Source: Octopus bimaculoides (Eukaryota). From it: 56,677 nucleotides of DNA. Location of the stretch: contig NC_068985.1 of NCBI RefSeq assembly GCF_001194135.2, forward strand, positions 2,427,625 through 2,484,301. The letters run 5' to 3'. The first letter of the stretch is position 1, and every line of letters begins with the position of its first letter. Shown one piece after another: positions 50,716 to 56,677 of this stretch. The notes under the pieces are model-generated. The model saw only the letters and a program-made list of their open reading frames with translations, was not told the DNA's origin and did not search any database. The translations under genes and the position numbers were made by a program.

Positions 50716-51005
50716 TCATCATCATCATTTAACGTCCGTTTTCCATGCTGGCATGGGATGGATGGTTCGACTGGGGTCTGGGAAGCCAGGAGGCTGCACC
50801 TGACTCCAGTCTGATCTGGCAGTGTTTCTACAGCGGGGTGCCCTTCCTAACGCCAACCACTCTGAGAGTATAGTGAGTACTTTTAATGTGCCACCGACAT
50901 GGGCCAGAAGAGGCTGGCAATGATCACGATCAGTTGGTGCTTTTTACGTGCCACTGGCATGGAAGCCAGTCAAGGCAGCGCTGGCATCGGCCACATTCAG
51001 ATGCT
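50716..51005 (-). mobile_element. Family A element
   Basis: Core plus two internal units. Confidence 0.9.
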
Positions 51006-51653
51006 CATAACAAAAGTTTTGTTCAGACAAAATGTTAGAGCCATTTTAGAAAAGTCTTGATGTTGTGGTAAATACGATTTTCCTGGACCTGGATGGCAAG
51101 TTGGTGGTCAGAGCTGTGAACAGCAAAGGAGGTAATGTCTTTAGACAAGTGACCATTGGTAAAAGATAGCCTCATTTCTCCAGGCATCTACCAGCACACC
51201 TAGGAATGTTAGAGCGTGACTGAAGTGGAATTCTATAAGCACACTGAGTTTGTGTGAGAATAGCAGGAAGGTTGTGTTTTCTGAAGCAAGGCACAAGCTC
51301 TTAGATATGACTGAGGGGAAACCATGAGATGGATTCGTGTGTCAGGAGGAGTAAATCACTAGATTTCGATGAGCTTTGCATTAACCAATGTAATTTTGCT
51401 TTTCAATTACATTATCTTGAAGCATGGCTATGTTATCTTGAGGGTAATTTCAAAATTTGTTATACAAACCACCAGTCTTCTTTCTGAGGCATCGACAAAA
51501 GAAATCCATTAAGTTGGCTAGCCATATATGGTGCTGTTTTTCTCACAGATAGTGCCAAACTGACCCTACTATACTGTGTAGTCAACAAAATGATAAACAA
51601 TGTGCGTGCCCGAAATTAAAATTTTTAAATGACGACAATATACCCATCGCACC

Positions 51654-51700
<47 letters not shown>

Positions 51701-52439
51701 NNNNNNNNNNNNNNNNNNNNNNNNNNNNNNNNNNNNNNNNNNNNNNNNNNNNNNNNNNNNNNNNNNNNNNNNNNNNNNNNNNNNNNNNNNNNNNNNNNNN
51801 ATATATATGTATATATATGTGTGTGTGTGTGTATGTGTGTGTGTGTGTGTATAAAGATATATATATATATGGAGAGAGAGAGAGAGAGAGGCAGGAAGAG
51901 ATTGATATAGACATATGAAATTATCGTTTTAACATCCACTTTCCAGTCAATATATGTGTATGCATGTGTGTGTGTGTAGAGAGAGAGAGAGGGGGAGGAG
52001 AGTAAGGGAGAGAGAGATACATAGATGCCTGCATTTATGAGCAGTATACAATTTATTAGTGTACAGGATGAAGTAAAAGACATTTGGTGACATTGTTCTC
52101 CCATTCACTATTATTGACACGAGCATCATCACATATCCACCACCACCGCCATCATTTCTACCAACCACTGATTTTGGCCTTAGAAATTTGGTGCAAGTGG
52201 CAGGGATTCTGGAATAATGAAATTCTTTCATCTTTTGCTTATTTCCAATGTAATTATCAGAAAACTGAATATTGTTTTGCAGAACCAATGACAACCAATG
52301 TCCAAATTACTGCTGAGATGTCTTGCTTGCTGCTCTTCGCACCAATTTACACATCAAGTATTTATTTTATAACTTACTCTCTCTCTCTCTCTCCCCATAT
52401 GTGTGTGTATGTATGCACACACATATATTTATTTCTTTA

Positions 52440-52655
52440 TCGCCCACAGGGGGCTAAACATAGAGGGGACAAACAAGAACAAAGGGGTTAAGTCAATTAC
52501 ATCGACCCCAGTGCATAACTGGTACTTATTTAATGAACCCCGAAAGGATGAAAGGCAAAGTTGACATTGGTGGAATTTGAACTCAGAACATAATGGCAGA
52601 CGAAATACCACTAGGCATTTCACCCAACCTGCTAACGATTCTGCCAGCTCACAGC
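52440..52655 (-). mobile_element. SINE family C
   Basis: cgaccccagtgcataactggtacttatttaatgaaccccgaaaggatgaaaggcaaag...ctgccagctc. Confidence 0.85.
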
Positions 52656-52689
52656 CCTATGCGCACACATATATTGCATGTATGTTTGT

Positions 52690-52870
52690 ATACATATATA
52701 CATCAAGAGAGATATATCCATGTATGTTGCTTCCCAACCACATGGTTCCAAGTTCACTCCCACTGCATGGCACCATGGGCAAATGTCTTCTACTGTCACC
52801 TCTGGCCATCCAAAGGTTTGCAAGTGGATTTGGAAGATGAAAACTGAAAGAAACTTGTCATATATATATG
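52690..52870 (+). mobile_element. Family B CORE-SINE head, decayed
   Basis: ccaaccacatggttccaagttcactcccactgcatggcaccatgggcaaatgtcttctact. Confidence 0.75.
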
Positions 52871-52876
52871 TATGCC

Positions 52877-53110
52877 ACGGGCATATGGCATAGTGATTAT
52901 TAGTGCAGGCTACTAACCCCAAGATTCTGAGTTCAATTCAAGGCAGTGACCTTAATAATAATAATAACATGAAAAAATACCTTAGGAATGAGAACCCAGG
53001 TTTGAAATTTCCCCAAGACACCTGATGAAGGCTGGAGGGTATATGAGCCGAAACGTTGTGTTAACAACAAACAAGATGAGGACAAATATCCGTCAAATGT
53101 AAATAATGTA
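52877..53110 (+). mobile_element. Hammerhead-SINE family D, copy 5 (most intact)
   Basis: gggcatatggcatagtga (A box), gagttcaattca (B box), (aat)n linker, hammerhead and aatgtaaataatgta tail. There is no TTTT run on the sense strand. Confidence 0.9.
53017..53062 (+). ncRNA. Minimal type I hammerhead ribozyme motif (Penelope-type)
   Basis: gacac-CUGAUGA-a-ggcu(loop)agcc-GAA-ACGU-U-guguu. Stem I is gacac/guguu, stem II is ggcu/agcc (ggcug/cagcc-type in other copies), stem III is the palindrome ACGU, and the predicted site is GUU after 53057. Confidence 0.7.
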
Positions 53111-53322
53111 GCAAGGATGCTGACAAGTAACTGATTTCAAAAAATGAGTTGGTGGAGCTTTATAAACAGCAACAAGAAGTGGCACAGTAACGTACAATGA
53201 AGACACTCCATCAACTAAATGCTGCAAGCTTGTGTGTATAATGGAGAAAGCAGAAGTTTCTTCTGAGATGTTTCTTAATGCTGAACATCATTTTGCTAAA
53301 ATGATGTTTATCTCTTTTACAG

Positions 53323-53487
53323 GATTATCTGGGACAACAAGAGTAAAACCAAAAGAAGGCCTTGCTGCACATTGAAGGTTGACAATTTGATGACTGATTC
53401 TTTTGACTTCAGTTTCAACACTGTAATCCTCACATCTCCTCCAACCGCCACTTCTGCTCTATAAAGCATATTGATATCATCAACCAG
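53323..53487 (+). other. Isolated 165-bp spliced exon candidate
   Basis: Strong acceptor tttatctcttttacag|G and strong donor CAG|gtaagt around non-repetitive sequence; stops occur in all three frames. Confidence 0.55.
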
Positions 53488-54787
53488 GTAAGTTGTTTTT
53501 TTTAATATTTTTAATATTTCTCAACTTTTTTAATGAATCTCTTAATGTTTTTCTCCTGTTACATCATTTTCCAAATTATGTCACATGTTTTGGAACCAAT
53601 TACAGACATCAATTGAAATATACCTGTAACTCCATAAACATAAATCAATTACAGATAAGTGCAAAATAACTAAAATCTGATATAATCAAAACTTAGGTTG
53701 TGTCAGAGCAATCCATATCTTTCTCATTCCGCTTATGCACCAAAGGTGGCCATTGAAGTTTGGACAATGTAAAAAAGCTCTGAGTGAATTTCTTTTAAGG
53801 TATTGATATCCTGTTAATGAATTGTTTGTCAGCAGAGTCTGTCGTTGAAATGTCTGAAAACTTCCTTCGTGAGCATCTCTCCTTTCAACACCCAACTTTA
53901 CATCTACTTTATATCTTGCACCCCAACTGCTAACCCGCACGATTCCAAACCTTATGACATTGTTCTGAAGGGTCCTCATTTGGGGGTCAGTAAACGTCCA
54001 CTGTTATTCACTCTTATTTGGGACCTCCTTTCTGTTTTTGTTCTTGACACTCTCTCCAACAATTTGTCCTCTTAATCCTCCATTTCTTTCTTCTTGTCAC
54101 GTGACATGTTGTGATGCATCTAACTTCTATGGTGGTGGGACAGGCTGTCAAGTCAATAGCTGCTAAGACTGGGTACAAGGTGTCCTACTCTACCATCTCC
54201 AGAACTGTGACGGTGCTCTCTGATGAGTTGGGCCTGCTTTTGCTGGTCCCCACAGCCTTCTCTTCTATGCTTCTCCAGAGTAAATGCCCACAAAAGCTAT
54301 AATAACTGAGATTCTCTCCGTCCATCATCTGCCTCTTCACGCTTTCTTAATTGAGTATACCACTGAGATGGATTCTGCATTATATAATGTTTTAATTAAC
54401 TTTGTAGTACTCAGGGTCATAAAGACTTGTCTATCATGAATCCCCTTCCCAACCACATATCTCCTCTCCTTACCTCTGCTCTGCATTCATCATACATTGT
54501 GATATGAAGGTGATAACAAGCCAGGAATCACCTTTGTGGCTGATGCCCTTCACCGTCCACCACTTAAGTTTCTTTGATTCAACAACTGAAGCACAAATGT
54601 TTGTGTGACTATATATCTGCTTGCTTTTCATTGTGTTCTTGATGTAAAACAGCAGGTAAACAATCCTGTTGGTGTTACTGCTTTGGCTTGTGACTACTTC
54701 TCGCCACACATTAGACAGGTCCTCTTCCTGTTGTTAATTTTGAGGACAACTGAAATCTTCCATCACTTTATCATGAACAAATATATG

Positions 54788-54824
<37 letters not shown>

Positions 54825-55184
54825 AATATTTTGTGGATATACTCCTCTGGCAGAGATGTTTTTCCTTGAGTTATATTGGGCCTTTTGGTTGCAAATGGCA
54901 AAACAGGCATAACTGCTGTTTTCAAAAATGGTTTATTTGTAATTTCAATAGGCATGTGTATACAAATGTAACACACACACATAACAGGAAAAAAAAAACA
55001 ACTTTAAAATAGCACCAGAGACAAAACAAAACCCTATAAAAAAGCAAAAGTATTATTGTGTACTAACATAGGTCTATATCACAAAAACATACTGCTTCAT
55101 ACAACATGGAAGTACCCCCTAGGGATTCAAGACAAACTCACATAAAATGTTTGAAAATAACAATAGTGATTTTCTACTTTAGGT

Positions 55185-55350
55185 GGGGTAGCAAGTCAGT
55201 TTACATTGATCTCAGTACACAACTGGTACTTAATTTATCAACCCTGAAAGGATGAAAGGCAGTCTCAGTAGAATTTGAACTCCAAGCATAAAGCCAGAAG
55301 AATTGTTGCTAAACATTTCATCCAACACAGCAATGATTCTATCCATTTTC
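55185..55350 (-). mobile_element. SINE family C, decayed
   Basis: cagtacacaactggtacttaatttatcaaccctgaaaggatgaaaggca. Confidence 0.8.
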
Positions 55351-55444
55351 TGCATGTAATAATTGTTTCTAATTGAAGCAGAAGACGAGTATTGTGAGGG
55401 ACACAGGTCCTGCACGGCAGAAGTGTTAGTGCCATTCCCCCTCA

Positions 55445-55660
55445 TGAAGAGAATTGGCCTGCAAGGACCCTGTGCCAGTGCTACGTAGAAAGCACCCAGC
55501 ACACTCTGCAAAGTGATTGGTGCTTTAGGAAAAGCATTCAGCTGTAGAAACCATGTCAGTAGAGACAAGCGGAGCCTGGTGCAGCCCTCTGGCATGCCAG
55601 CTCCTTTCAAACCATTCAACACATGCCAGCATGGAAAACTGACATTGAACGATGATGCTG
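55445..55660 (+). mobile_element. Family A element
   Basis: gtgccagtgctacgtagaaagcaccc...agctgtagaaacc...aacgatgatg. Confidence 0.85.
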
Positions 55661-56249
55661 ATGCAAACCCCACCACCATCACCACCACCACCACCACTTC
55701 TGGTACTTAACTGGCTGATTTTGGAAGTTAGTTTGTTGTCTGTTCATCCACTCAGCATCTTGTGATATTTGCTAGTGATTCAAGAAATTCATCTGAAAAG
55801 CTTCCTTGGTATGACCTTAAAGTTCTGGTACCCTTGTTTGGGGCTTCCAGAGTATTGAGGAGTGTGCCTAGGTCTATTCTGACCTGGAGTGGTAACACCT
55901 ATCAGCAACCTGGCTTTCAATTAAATTGCATGTAACTACCCAAGCCAGGGTACATTGAAATCATGGCATGCAGCAGGATGGATGTGAACTATTCTCATAG
56001 ATGAACAATATAAGTGAATACCTTATATTGTTTTTGAAGACATGGAAAACAGCATGAAACATATTTCAGTATTATTCTGACCTCATCAGCAAAGCATAGA
56101 CTTCACCATATATGTTAAAAGAATACTGAACAAATCACTAAATAAATTTACAACAGTGTAATAGTTTGATAACAGAAGTAGAATTGCTTAAAGAATAATT
56201 CCCTAGATATTGATTCTATTATTTATTGGGACAAGCAAGCAAAATCGAA

Positions 56250-56677
56250 ATCGTGATGGCACCTGTGCCCAGCGTCGCCTTTCTGGCACTTGTGCCCGCA
56301 GCATGTGTATGGACCTTTGAGTGGGATCGTTGCCGGTGTCCCTGGACTGACTCATGTGCGGGCGACACATGAAATCTTTCGAGCGAGATCGTTGCCAGTG
56401 ACACTGGACTGGCTCATGTGCGGGTGACACAAGAAATCTTTGGAGCGAGATCGTTGCCAGTGCCCCTGGACTGGCTCTTGTGCGGGTGACACAAGAAATC
56501 TTTGGAGCAAGATCGTTGCCAGTGCCCCTGGAGTAGCTCATGTGCCGGCGATACATGAAATCTTTCGAGCGAGATCGTTGCCAGTGCCCCTGGACTGGCT
56601 CTTGTGCGGGGCCGTCGTAGGATTTTCGAGCAAGATCGTTGCCGGTGCCCCTGGAGTAGCTCATGTGCCGGCGATAC
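56250..56677. repeat. 62-bp GC-rich satellite, at least 6 units, running off the window
   Basis: gatcgttgcc anchors at 56325, 56387, 56449, 56511, 56573 and 56634. Confidence 0.95.

Noticed and set aside
52877-52950. tRNA gene at the family D head (and at the B, C and E heads)
   Set aside because: A and B boxes are present, but there is no complete acceptor stem or terminator, and the heads are fused to repeat bodies; they are SINE heads.
56203-56664. 153-aa repetitive ORF
   Set aside because: Translation of the 62-bp satellite; the unit length is not a multiple of three.

Overview
AT-rich, microsatellite- and retroposon-dense animal genomic DNA. The repeat repertoire looks like an Octopus-type cephalopod; this is pattern recognition, not a database match. 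No complete protein-coding gene is supportable, and almost all supplied ORFs are microsatellite or transposon read-through. The window holds decayed LINE fragments (RTE, R4/Dong, CR1, HERO-like, Penelope-like, possibly L1/Tx1), several SINE-like families (over 30 copies), a piggyBac-type MITE, a Helentron-type HINE, a 22-bp and a 62-bp tandem array, and seven N gaps. Unique-sequence signals are a TATA/GC-box promoter-like patch (~6.7-7.0 kb), a coding-like GC island (~12.9-13.1 kb) and one well-bounded 165-bp + strand exon (53323-53487). The most interesting observation is a five-copy non-autonomous element. It joins a tRNA-like Pol III head to a Penelope-type minimal hammerhead ribozyme and shows recurrent inverted junctions, suggesting a SINE mobilised by Penelope-like retroelements. 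Coordinates of decayed repeats are approximate (about +/-10-20 bp).
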